From assembly GCA_965637545.1 (NCBI GenBank), contig OZ281494.1, positions 13,764,001 through 13,828,000 on the forward strand: a DNA stretch of 64,000 nt, written 5' to 3'. Of the stretch, positions 37,101 through 49,000 are shown one piece after another; within the stretch, counting starts at the first letter, position 1, and every line of letters begins with the position of its first letter. Source of the DNA: Phallusia mammillata (lineage: Eukaryota). The position numbers and the translations under genes are program-made. The notes beneath the pieces were generated by a model, which was not told the DNA's origin, ran no database searches, and was given only the letters and a program-made list of their open reading frames with translations.

Positions 37101-38196
37101 TTTTTATCCGTATATTCCACGTTTGTTATAGCTACCTCCATTTCCTTAATGTTTCTTGTTTGAAATAGTCTAATTACTTTCAATACTATGTTTGCAGTGC
37201 ATTGCTGTCGTCCATGTTTCTCAACGAAAAACTGAACAAGTTGGGAAAAATCGGCGTCCTGTTGAGTTTGGTCGGATCGACAGTGATCGTTATCCACGCG
37301 CCCCGACAGGAAAAAGTGTCAAATTTTACGGAGCTTGTCGACAGGTTTACAAACTGGGGTAAGTTCCCGGTTTCAATCAGTTTTTTTTTTCTGTATTATA
37401 GAACCAGCTATTACATAGCTTTTCAACGATTTATAGAAATGCTTCGTACTAAACACTTCGATAGGTTATCATTGCGCCCACCATGTTGGATTTGACTGTG
37501 TGGAAAAGCTAAAACGTAACATAAATACGTATAAACTTCAAAATAAAAATCTTTACACCAGCGCCTATTTCACATGTCAACACACAAAACTGCTTGCATT
37601 TTGAAGTTACTTTGCTTAAATTGCACGAAATATTGATTCAAAAAAATTGTGCTGTCAAAAGGTAAATGCTTTTCTGTCTTCCAGCATTTCTCATCTACTG
37701 TTCTGTTCTCGTTCTCGCCACACTCTACCTCATTATCTACCTTGCGCCACGCCGCGGACACCGTGACATGCTTGTCTATGTCACTATAGGAAACATCGTC
37801 GGCGCGCTGACTGTGCTGTGCGGCAAAGGTCTGGGCATCTCACTTAAAGACCTTTTCTCCCCTCCAGCGGACAGTCTACCGGTGTATATGCATCCGCTAT
37901 TCTGGGTGCTCGTCCTAGCTAATGTCGTGGGCATCGCCGTGCAGATTGTGTATTTAAACCGCGCACTGGCGTTGTTCAACACAAGTGCGGTCATCCCGGT
38001 AATGTACGTCTTTACTAACCTATTTTTGGTGGTCGGCTCAATCCTGCTTTTCCAGGAGTTTGCTTACCTCCGGATGGAGGACTGCGCTGGTCTAGCGTGT
38101 GGCTTTATCACTATAGTAACTGGTGTAGTGTTGCTAAACTCATTTAAGTCGCCTAGTGGAGATTTTTCGTCGACGCCGGGTGAACGCGGAGTATAA
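25172..38196 (+). CDS. NIPA: NIPA-family magnesium transporter (NIPA2/NIPAL-like), ~326 aa
   Basis: Exons 25172-25322, 25691-25756, 25916-26006, 37198-37358, 37685-38196 (981 nt, in frame). Motifs [80 protein letters not shown]. Confidence 0.95.
26297..36135 (-). CDS. EF-hand plus WD40-repeat protein (WDR49/CFAP337 / EFCAB8 / WDY family), nested in NIPA intron 3
   Basis: Exons resolved by hand: 35951-36135, 35611-35728, 35430-35517, 34795-34901, 34161-34337 (EF loop [12 protein letters not shown]), 33387-33696, 32899-33173, 32358-~32461, 31793-31993, 31163-31427, 30795-30933, 30628-30733, ~30047-30417. Further, approximate exons lie near 29655-29827, 29184-29460, 28440-28640, 27980-28240, 27550-27810, 26930-27260 and 26297-26720. 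WD motifs: [35 protein letters not shown]. The linker near 29830-30047 is unresolved. Confidence 0.9.
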
Positions 38197-39370
38197 CGAA
38201 TTCTTGTTTATTTGACGGAAGTGGTCTTTATGTCGGCAAGACAAGTGCACTTTTATCCATGCCAGATGCTGCATGCATGGCATCTGCGCACATGTACCAG
38301 TTGTTGTTTTATGGCTTTTTTTAGCTTTTTAACCTGACCTAATTGAGCCCTCGTTTCCCTTTTAGCAGAAATAATTCCATTTTAGTGTTTGTCAAAGTTT
38401 TGTGTTATTTGATGAGCCTTTTGTGAACTGTGTGAAGCAGAAAATAATTCAGAATCGTGCTGACTTCAATGTTTGTTATTAGTACTTGAACTTTCCCATT
38501 GTCCGATCTTTCTTTGAAATTAAACTAACTGTACAACTGTTGTTTTACTTAGTAGGTGGTAAACATGTAATTTCAAGCCATATATATATATTTTTTTTTT
38601 ATTCTCTAAAAGTCGTACATCCAGCTTTGTTCTACATGTATTAAACTTGTCTGTGTTCTGTCGACATCCTTTGCAGCAAAAATGCCGAAAATCTATTATG
38701 ATTGATGTTGGTAGCATTATTTTTGGTTGATTTTTGCTGTATTTTGCTCGAGTGTGTCCATGTAGTTTTTTTACAGTGTTTGAGCATTGTTTACAAGTTT
38801 AGCCGCTATGCATAAAATGTCACAGTTATAGTCCTAAAGGTTTTAAAAAGCGTTTCAAAATCTCAACCTTTGATATTTTCAACCGTTGCACTTAAGGGTA
38901 AGTATTCTGCTTTTGTGCTCCATAAATAAATCCTGATGAAAGTACTACAGTACAGTTTCGTGCATTGTTAATGTGTTGTGTTGCACTTTTAGCAGCTCCA
39001 TGAAGCTTTTTGTAAGTACAAATAGTAAACCGTTTACGCTATTGTTTGTGCCAAATATATTATAAACCAAGGTTGATGCACAGAAACAGAAAATACGAAA
39101 GTAATGAATACTTTTTCATCACATAAACGTCTGTTTGGGTGACAAAAAAGCACTTGCAGTCATCCTTTTTTTGCAATCGCAACGATTAAACGTTTAAAAG
39201 CTAGCCTAATTTATATTACATTGTGAAATAAAAACAGTTATAGATTTAATATGTACATATGCAATAGAAACAAAGACACCAGTCACTTACATAGCAGTGC
39301 AGATATTGGTTTTGCATTTCAAACGTTTCTGTGTTAATTCGAAACACGGCAACCTATGAATGGCCCAAGC

Positions 39371-39927
39371 CAGTGGTTCTTAACCTTTTTGGTGTGGTTT
39401 CCCACTAAAGTCAATCACCAAGTTCAAATTTCCCCCCTGTTATTTTTATGCTGCTATTGTGTGTCCTACATTAACAAAACAGTATTCTTCGATTGAAATA
39501 ATTTTGAAGCAATTTGGTCGGGACGTTACAGGTACACTGCAATCTAATTAAGTTTAAATTGCGCTTTCGCGAGGAAGTAAAGTTGTGTGAAATATTGGAG
39601 AGTCTCATGTGCTTGCATTAGTCATTTACTCCATCACAATCAACAGAGGAAAGGCATTTATTCGTGAACAATAACACAGTCATTGATACTTTCAGTATGT
39701 GACGTAACAAACAAATTTCTGATGTTTCTGCGCCTTGTAGAACTAGGTGATATTAATCTTACATGTTGTTGTGGAAAAAAATTGGATTAAATTAACTTTT
39801 AATGGTTAATTCAAGGCCGGATTCGACCCGCGGGCACGAGTTTGGTGACCCCCGACTCACATAATTTCCCTCTGAAAACGTTAAATTTCCCACTAGTGGG
39901 AAATTTCCCACCGGTTAAGAACCACTG
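39371..39927. mobile_element. hAT MITE (family A, copy 2) between the convergent NIPA and aGPCR 3' ends
   Basis: TIR CAGTGGTTCTTAACC / GGTTAAGAACCACTG. Perfect TSD GCCCAAGC (39363-39370, 39928-39935). Colinear with 20527-21030. Confidence 0.95.
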
Positions 39928-40238
39928 GCCCAAGCAATGACACGCTTTCACCGAACAGTTACGGTCGTCACGTGTGTGTTATATTGTAATGCGCATCATG
40001 TCACACAGGCAAATGAAATGACACAGGTTCATTTCTTTTCCGCAAACAATGGTGACATGGTACTGTACCATTGGTATAGCCTACAGTCTTTGCGGAAATA
40101 CGTAGTAGTCGACCTGTCTTTTTCCAGTTGCATCGTTGTCTTGAATTGTTTAGTGCCAAACCAGCTAATGCTGTGATGAAGAACTATTGTTTTGGAAAAA
40201 ATGGGACTCCCAAAATGCCTTGTGTTTTTAATGCCAGT

Positions 40239-43200
40239 TTATGTCTTTTTCCTGCCTTCTTTGATGCGTCGAGCGATTTCACTTCTATTCCACATACTTT
40301 TCATGGTGTCTTGAACCTCGTTGCTGAAAACGCAGTAAATAAGGAAAACGAACAAACCCTGAAGTCCATTCACCAAAATCGACAAGTAGATGAACACCTC
40401 GCTAGTGCCTGGAACAGTTAAAAGTTAAGTTTAGAATTTCATTTTCGCCAGCAAAACAATGGTCCTGTTGTAAGGAGGTGACATCAGAAAAAACCTTCGC
40501 ATATACTTAGAGCTAACAAAGAAACTTTTAAGTTTAGACTCTACATTGCATTTCGCCAGAAAAACATGGGTTATGTAACGAGGTACCTTTGCATGCACTT
40601 AACGTGTGCTAACAAAAATTTACCTGCCAAAATGAACAGAGACCATGGGACGCTAAGCACTGGAAGAAGCATCACAATTGCCCTTAACCCTGCTTTCATG
40701 TGGGTTGTGTCTATGATTGGGACACCGTGAATCACTTCAGCAGTCGGTTGGAAGTTGACCGTTTGACTGCTCATGCGATACACAAAAGAAGCAACCTTGA
40801 ACAGGATGAATACGTTGATGAGAATTGTCAGGGCAATGGGCACGGTGGCTGTCAGCAACACTCCAATCTCCGTGGCTTCTCCTTTCAGCCAACATTTGGT
40901 GTAGACGGGAACCTGAGTAACATTAGCAAGCAAAGCAGGTTTCCTGGGCATATAGAAGTCGAATATAAACCCTGGAATCGCGGTGCCAGCTACTATGATT
41001 GCTGGAAGAAGCCAACCAAAAGCAATACGCAGCACAAACTCCATTCGAGTGATTGGGTATCTCAGGGCGTTGCCTGATGTTTTTAGCAGCAAAGTAATTC
41101 CCTCAATCATCATCCAATGGGCTACAAATAATGGGGAAGTTACTGTAAAGCAGTGGTTTCAAATTAGTGCTTCTTCATGACTTTTCGTGTGGTCGACAGG
41201 ACTTTAGTTATACTTGTCAAGTCAATATTCTTGTTGTGGGTGGTTTCTTTAACCTTTTTTAACCATGGACTATTCCACGATATTCAGTTAATTGAACTGG
41301 CGGTCCATGGCTTGAAACAATTCTAGAACCATTGCTTTTTAAAAGTGTACTTCCACGCCTTTGGGTATTTTTAAAAAGCGATCACTCGGTACTTTCGTTC
41401 TGTCGGTTTTTGCCTAGTTATACTTGCCTGGCCTAAATATGTTCAGAAATAACACTGTTATATTCTATTTAGGGCAAAGACATTTATGTAACGCACACAG
41501 AAAATCCATTTGTACGAATTTAAAATGTTCTAATGTTCGTAAAAAAACGGTTGCGGGGAACAAGAATGCAGATAAAGGGTAAAGGAAGAAACGCTTTAAA
41601 ACTCACCTGAGCTAAGCATTGAGAAATGTATTGTGACAGCTATGACTTCGCAAAGTCGGTCCCAGCTTAAGGCAGTGTCGTGGATTATGCTAGCAATGTG
41701 AAGTAGGAGTAGGGCAAAAGCTAGGTTGATTTGCACCGTGGTACGATCGTTTCTTAATTTCTTGCGCAACGGAATCAAAACGCCAATCGTGAGAAGTAGT
41801 GACGCCACTGATATCGATTCAGTGACGTATGTTAATATCTAAAACATGAATTAACAATTAATTACACGACTTTCGGTAACAGTATTTTCATCAAATAAAA
41901 CTTAATAAGAATTATAGTTTTTCCCCTGAGTTATTGTGATAGTAGGTATACCTTGGCATTGTATGGAATGACCACTGCCACCACTGATAGCAAAGCGGCA
42001 AAGATTGTCGCGTGATTTGAGTTGCATATGTATCCATCTTCCGATATTATGGTTTTCAAGCCGTCGGATAAATACTCTCCTGTCGTCGCATCAATATAGT
42101 AGCACCTAACAGTCGCTGACTTGATTTGGATCCTTTCTCCTGCGGAGACTGAAAACAAATCGTTCGCCGACTGATCGGTGATTTCTATGGTGTAGTTCAG
42201 CTGTACGGTCGTGTTTTCTAGGACGAAGATGTCAAGGACATTTCGGATCGTTGTGGTTTTCTCAATCTCCTGGTACCCATCTGATGTTTTTCTCTGTTGC
42301 GTGAGATCGCCGTCCAGTTCGTAGTTTACAGCGTTAAGTTGAAAACTGTCGTTCGCCACAAGTCCCAACAACTTTGCATGGCCCAGCTTTTTCTCCACAG
42401 TCATGTTCCGAAGGTATAGCATGGACGCGTATTCGCTTATCAAACTCTTCACCTCATTTCTTGAGCCTGTGACCGATGACATGATAGGTCAATGTTCACT
42501 AAGAACGTTTACATGAGGATTTAAGTTATGGCTTCAAAATATGTTAGGTGTATTCAACTAATCTTGGCATCGTTAAATTCTGACAAACCTTTTTCGATGT
42601 AAAACATATTCTTTTGGGAAACACTATACACGGACTTAAAAAGTAATTTACTCAAAAATATAACTACCAGAGGGCTTGTGTATGTAGAAAAGTGCAGACG
42701 TATACGGTTCTTATCTTTTCATAAATGCTACCCTTCCGTGTACTATATGTGGCTTCAATCAACACATCTGGCATTCACCTTTTTTGCAAGGGGCTTATAA
42801 ATTCCCCGTTCTATCTAGATTGACAATCTGAAGATGACAACATCGATTGTTGAAACGTCTGCGCTAAGATGTATTCTCTCATGGCAATTTTTTGGCAACA
42901 TGATTTTAATTAAATATCCAAAGTTTTTGGCAATAAAATTGAAAGCAGAATAGAGGAGAGTGTTGGTTTTTAAACAATATCCCTGCGTTCGTTAAAGCTG
43001 ATGTGATGACGCCGGGGTATCAGTTAATGTTTCAATTTGAAACGAAATGGACTGATAAGGAAAAAAATCTCTAATTTAATTTTGGTCGTGCAAAGAAGTT
43101 TATGGCCAATTTCTCTTTGCCCTTGTACACTGTTATAACTGTCCGATTTGCACCGTTGAAGGTTTCAGAAAGTGGTCAAATTTTTTGCACAATTAACATT

Positions 43201-44808
43201 AACATCTGTTTAAAAAAAACTCACCAAAGACAGGCAATTGTATTAAAGGAAGTCATTGAATGTCTACATACCTGAAGGATTTGTATGGAAACTAGGTCCT
43301 TTCGTCGCACAATGCATTTTAATGTAGTTAGTACGGTTTCAGAGGACAATCAAAATAGTTAAAAGTTTGCACGATCAAATAATTTATGATTTGTTTGGAA
43401 TCCGCAAATACCTTGCTCAATCTGACAAGCATAAGGCATTTTCTGGGAGCAGTCTTCAGTTGCCCTATCTCTTCCGCTACTTCGGGTGCAATTATGGTTG
43501 TTGTTATTAAGTTCAATAACATATGGATCGCTTGGCATCAACTCTTCGCCATCGGCCCATTGCCACGCATGCATCTCATTCTTTCTTAGGCCTTAAAAGT
43601 TGCATTGCGGTCAAATTGGATTTGTCACTTAGATAGCAGACTTTTAGTGTAAAAACCTAATCACCATAAATTGGAGTTATTTATCCGTCACCTAAACCCA
43701 TAAGTCAAAACAGTAAATGTGACGACAAATTATAAATACGTTAGACTTTTTGTACGCTGGTTGTTTGCGGTATTTTACGTATTAAATTGGTTATTTTACA
43801 GTTAATACAAATTTCAGTAAAACAGTTTTTTAGTTAGGCCTTCTTGCCAATTTTGGTAAGAATGCTTGTACGATACGCCTCAAGTTTGTTATAAGCATAA
43901 TCTTAAACGAACCGATCGAACTAGTTTTATTGTAAACTGAAAAAGTTATGCGCTCAGTAGTTGGGTTAGTTTTTGTTCGCATTCGAAGGCATCACAAAAA
44001 TGGCATACCCAAAGCAAAATCCTCCTGACAATGTAAGGCTTACATTCTAACAAAAAGTTTTGTTCTCTTCGTCACGCCGTGGTGACGAACAATATTTAGG
44101 AAGCATGCAAAATCAGAAAAAATGGGGCTTGTTTCAGAGAAAGGGGTTTAAAAACAAGCTAAAATCTAACCGATCCAAAAAAATGTTTGCTGTTTGGTCA
44201 TGTTCAGCATGCAGTCGAGCAAAATACGTTCTTCTTCAGTTTTAACAATAGCTAGACTGTTTAGAGTACTTGAACATGCTGTCTGGGCGTCATCAAAAGA
44301 TTTTGCAGACATGTGAAGCGAAAACAGCTTGTCTAGTGAAAAACCTGCAACGACCAATTAATTTACAAAGGGCACTAATTATTTATCTCATTTACACAAA
44401 CGCTTATTTGCACAACGATTTTTTGCCGTTTTTACTTACTTCCGTTGTCTTTTAAGTTCCAACACTTGCAAAAAGTATTGTAGTTTTTGCCATCTAAAAT
44501 CTGCCCTGAAACAGACACACAAAACTAATTAACATTAAGTGTGTTTTGCCAGCGTAATGTGGGTAACTAATCTTAACAACATCAAGAACTCATTTTTGTG
44601 AAGTTAGATAATGACTGTTACAAGTTGTAAGTGTTAAAAGTGAGCGTAATTAAACGGCCCATTTTAAACCTGTGCGCACAAGGAAAGACAACTTACCGAA
44701 CTCTTTTGATGGATCATTTTGTTTCAACCTGTTTATTGGACATGGTCGTTTACTACCTTCGACAGCGAAAATAAATCCGAAAACCCAAATGCTGAATTGT
44801 GGAATCAT
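40239..44808 (-). CDS. Adhesion GPCR B: signal peptide, degenerate C-type lectin domain, short GAIN/GPS, 7TM (~626 aa)
   Basis: Exons 44697-44808, 44171-44344, 43412-43591, 41952-42466, 41607-41838, 40624-41121, 40239-40408 (1881 nt, in frame). Motifs FWIGLRK, CNSNHATIFAALL, WMMIEG, CWL, NGLQGLFVFLIYC. Extra small exons between 42466 and 43412 cannot be excluded. Confidence 0.85.
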
Positions 44809-46081
44809 TTCCGTTCGTTTATTTATTTTTAAGTTGATTTTCTGTTGCATAAACGGACCGAATAATATAGTTTTTTCGCGCTTCTGAAATTTGCGAAATC
44901 GACGTAAGACGCCGTTTTACTCTCTTATGCTTCATCACTATGAAGTCCGGGAGTGTGTAAACTAACGCATCACATGGTCTGGAACAGGCAATTGATATTA
45001 AAAGATAGCTGAAATCGCAACAACGTCAAACCTCTGATGATGACACTGTTTTTTATGCAACTTGTTTGCCTCTGTGAATGAGAAACAAATTGGTGACACT
45101 GTCTGGCTTACTTGTTAAGACTTGCCTCACTGTTTATGTAGCTGGCACATTCGCTTTAAAAGCAAAGTAGGCAACGTTTTTGTGTTACAGCTGTTTGTTT
45201 CTTGTGTTTAGTCTATTGTGTAAATAGTTCTACCTTTTTGTACATTGTTTCATTTTATTTCTGCCTCCGCCATTTGTTAATAAATCTCGTTTAAAAAATG
45301 ATTGTATCCTTATCACTGTGTTACATATGGGCTGCGGAAGCGACGTTGCAGTTGTGAATTTACGTGGAACGAATTCTGATAAGGTCTCCACGCCGAAATT
45401 GGGCATCCATATGGTTTAGATTCGCGAAGATCGCAAATTTAAATACAAAGCAACGGCACTACCGCTTATATCTACCTTTATTTATGAATTATTCTGCGGT
45501 ATTTTTTAGTTTGAACAAAATCGAAGGTAATCAATCGTATCGACAAAATTACTTAATGGCGAAAGAATACTTTAAGTAAAATCAATTGGCTTGTGGTCAA
45601 TTCTTTGGATTCAAGAAATATAAATGTTAGCTTGTTAGATCACACAGCATTTTTTTTACTGTTGTACGCTTCCACTGTTACTGTTGTACGTTAACATCTA
45701 TTTAGCCTAATCGAAAAAACGACTAAAACCGTATCTCGTTATTGTGGTCCACACTTAAGCATCTGCCGTACACTTTCGACAACATAGTATTTCACCACAA
45801 ATGACAGTAAAATCACCAAGTCGTTATATCCATTAATCGTTGATGAGTTTACTTTAATCAACAAAAACGAAGTACAATGAATAAAGAGAAATGGCTAATG
45901 CATTTTGATTTATTCTTCCTCATAAAGTCCAGAAAAGAGATTGGCACTGACATTGTTAACATAAATGGGAGTTAAACTGAGCCAGTTTATGTTTAAGACC
46001 AACAATTCAAAGCAACGCAAACTTGGTCGCTAATATTTTCTTTATTGCTTGTTTGGTGCTGGTCAGCTTTTTTTGACACCT

Positions 46082-49000
46082 TTACATTGAAGAGGGTATT
46101 TTTGCGGTAACCTTGTCCATTTCAACTGCCGACTTATTGCTTGTAGTTTGACTCGAATTTTTCTTCTTTCTTCTGACAAATGAAAGTCTTCGGGCAAATT
46201 CGCTTCTCCGCCAGATTTGAAGAACACCTCTCTTAACTTCCTTGTTGCAGGCGCAATAAACGAGAAACACAAAGAAGCCTTGAAGCCCATTCAAAAGAAT
46301 TGTGATGTAGATTAAGGCCTCTCCCGTATCTGTGTACAAAAATATAGATTTTTATTTATAAGACGGAATGGTGTTACTAAAACACAGCAACTGGTTCATC
46401 TTGGGCACTGATTTTTGAGGGCTTTACAACTTACATTTGGTGCTAAAGTTTTTAACAGTCATGGCCAGTGTTTTTTAAAGGTGTTTTTTAAAGGTGAAAT
46501 TTCTCCAGCGGTTTCCCAAAATTTGCCAGTAGCCTAATAAATAATTCGTTTAAGCAAATATGGCTATTTTTTGGTATTCAAATGAAACACTTGCGGTCTC
46601 TTAAAACTACTTAGCGGTCACCCAAACCAAACCTTAATAAAAACCTGGTCATTGCAATAAATAAAATATTTAATAAAATAACCAGAAAATAAAACTAAAA
46701 TGACATCAGCCAGAAAATACAAAAAGGAAACCCTTTTCAAAAGTTTAAATGACTTACCTGCTATGAAAAACAAACACCAGGGGACACACAACACAGGCAG
46801 CAGCATGAGAACGGCGCGTGCACTCGCTTTTAGATGGTATAGTTCTCCCCACCTCAACACTATCCCCCAACCATGAGGTTTTTGCTCAGACGTGATAGGT
46901 TTGAACTTTTCTGCCTCCTTGCTTTTCGCGTTGACCAGCCAACCAAGCCGTATAAGCATACATAAGTTAGCGACAATGGTTAATCCCACTGGCACGATTA
47001 CAGCACCGACTAGCATGCCTGATGTGTTACTAAGCCAACACTTCAGGTACTTAGGTATGCCGGGTATATTGGAGAAATTAGGGTCAGTAGCCATATATAC
47101 GTCGGTTATAAAGCCTGGTATAGCTGTACAGAGGACTATGAGGAATGGAAATAGCCACCCGATGGAGAGTTGTACTGCGCGCAACTTCCGCGAATTGACA
47201 GTTGCGAGGGCGCGGTTTGAGGTTTTGATGATTAGGGTAACGCCTTCTATTAACATCCAGGAAGCTGTAATACAAAAGTAAATTGAAAGTGTTTATGAAG
47301 TCAAAATACATTAGTGGTGTTTCTTGTGCAATGTCAATGTTACTGGGTCATCCAATGTCCCCAAATGTGATGTAATAAATAGCTAGCGGCATATATGACA
47401 CAACACGCAAACAACCATTAATAAACAAAATTTAAGGGAACACTGTTGAGTATTTAAAATAAATTCGTTATTTTTTGCCCAAAAATATCAGTTAGCAGTG
47501 AGGCAAAATAGTCGAGTATTGTATTAGTTGTGCCTTGAAATTTTATAAAATAATAAAACCATCTAGCATCTGTTTTTTGATTTGCTTACCGGCACTCAAC
47601 ATTGACAGATGCAAGGTAACAGCTATGACTTCACAAAATCGGTCGAATTGCAAAGCTGTGTCGTGAAGGATGCTTGCCATGTGGAGGAGCAAGAGAGCAA
47701 AGGCAAAGTTGATTTGAACCAGGGTTCGACTGTTTCTTAACTTCTTGCGAAGTAGAATCAAAATTATTAACGTCAAGATGAGAGAGGACACCGATATCGA
47801 TTCCGTGACGTAAGTTAGGATCTGCAAAATTATAGCGAATGTTACAGGTTAGTTAATACGCTTGATAAACATGTTTGGACGTTTTTAGGTGGCATTGCGG
47901 TTAGATAGATATAGGCTCATAGGGTTAAAATTTGATTGCTGCTTTTTTACTTGCGATCTATGTATTTTGTAAATCGTACAGCTTTATCAGAATTGTATGT
48001 CGGGCCGGGCTTTTCAGGCTTAAGATTTTTAAAAAAACGGACCTGAGCTTATACTCTTTATCAGTATTTTTTTGAATGAATTTCACTAGCCAAGCTAGTT
48101 GCTGGATCTGTCTTAATGTCTAACAGCCCTCAAACTTATTGTGCAAAACCAATCGTCAATTGTGTTTGTTGCCTTGGTCTTTCCTACGGTTTCAATATAT
48201 AGGCCTGTCAAACTTTTAGCCCTAAACGCGCTTATCACAAACGATTCGGGTTCAGGCCGGGTTTCGTGCTCCACTTTCAGGTCCGTTTAAAACGTACAGC
48301 GAAATCCGAAATGGTATGATTTTGTTAAAACCGTTGTATGCTTTCTAGTTTAAAAACGATCTGCAACAGTTCGTTTCAAACAGACTGCGGACGACTTACC
48401 AACATTATGGCCTACTTATGAAATGCGGAAATTTAATGTCCGAGTTTTGAAGTCTGGTCAAACAACACCTATAGTTTACAACACTTAACAATACCTTTGC
48501 GCCGTACGGGATGACCACGACGTTGACTGTGAGTAGAGCAGCGAATATGGTGGTGTGATTTGACACGCATTTGTAAGTTCCGCCAGGTTTAGTAACTGTC
48601 TGAAGTCCCACAGCTGACAACGACTTTGTAGCGGGATCGTAGAATCGACACTCAATGGTTGCAGACAAAAACTGCACCACACCATCTTTTCCATAATTGT
48701 ATTTCAAGTCACTTGCGTTTACAGTTTTCGAGTTGACAAGTATCGTGTATGCAACCCCGACTGATAGATTTTTCGGCGGCGATATATCCAGTAGGCTTTT
48801 CAGCAGAATTTGTTTAGTTGCCAAAAGGCTATTCGCCGGACTAAACAACGAGAAAACTGCCTGTTGGTTCGATATATAAATGGATTTTGGAACAACCCTA
48901 AAGCTGGAAGTCGATTGTAACCCCAGTAGTGCTGAGTTGGGGTAAAAAGCTTCGATAAATTTTCCTGGAGCGTATATTATTGCAGATTGCCTGGTAACGT

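Noticed and set aside
41151-41334. Additional hAT MITE (CAGTGGTTTC...AGAACCATTG); a similar lone end near 4275
   Set aside because: The ends are degenerate and the flanks do not form a TSD; at most an old remnant.
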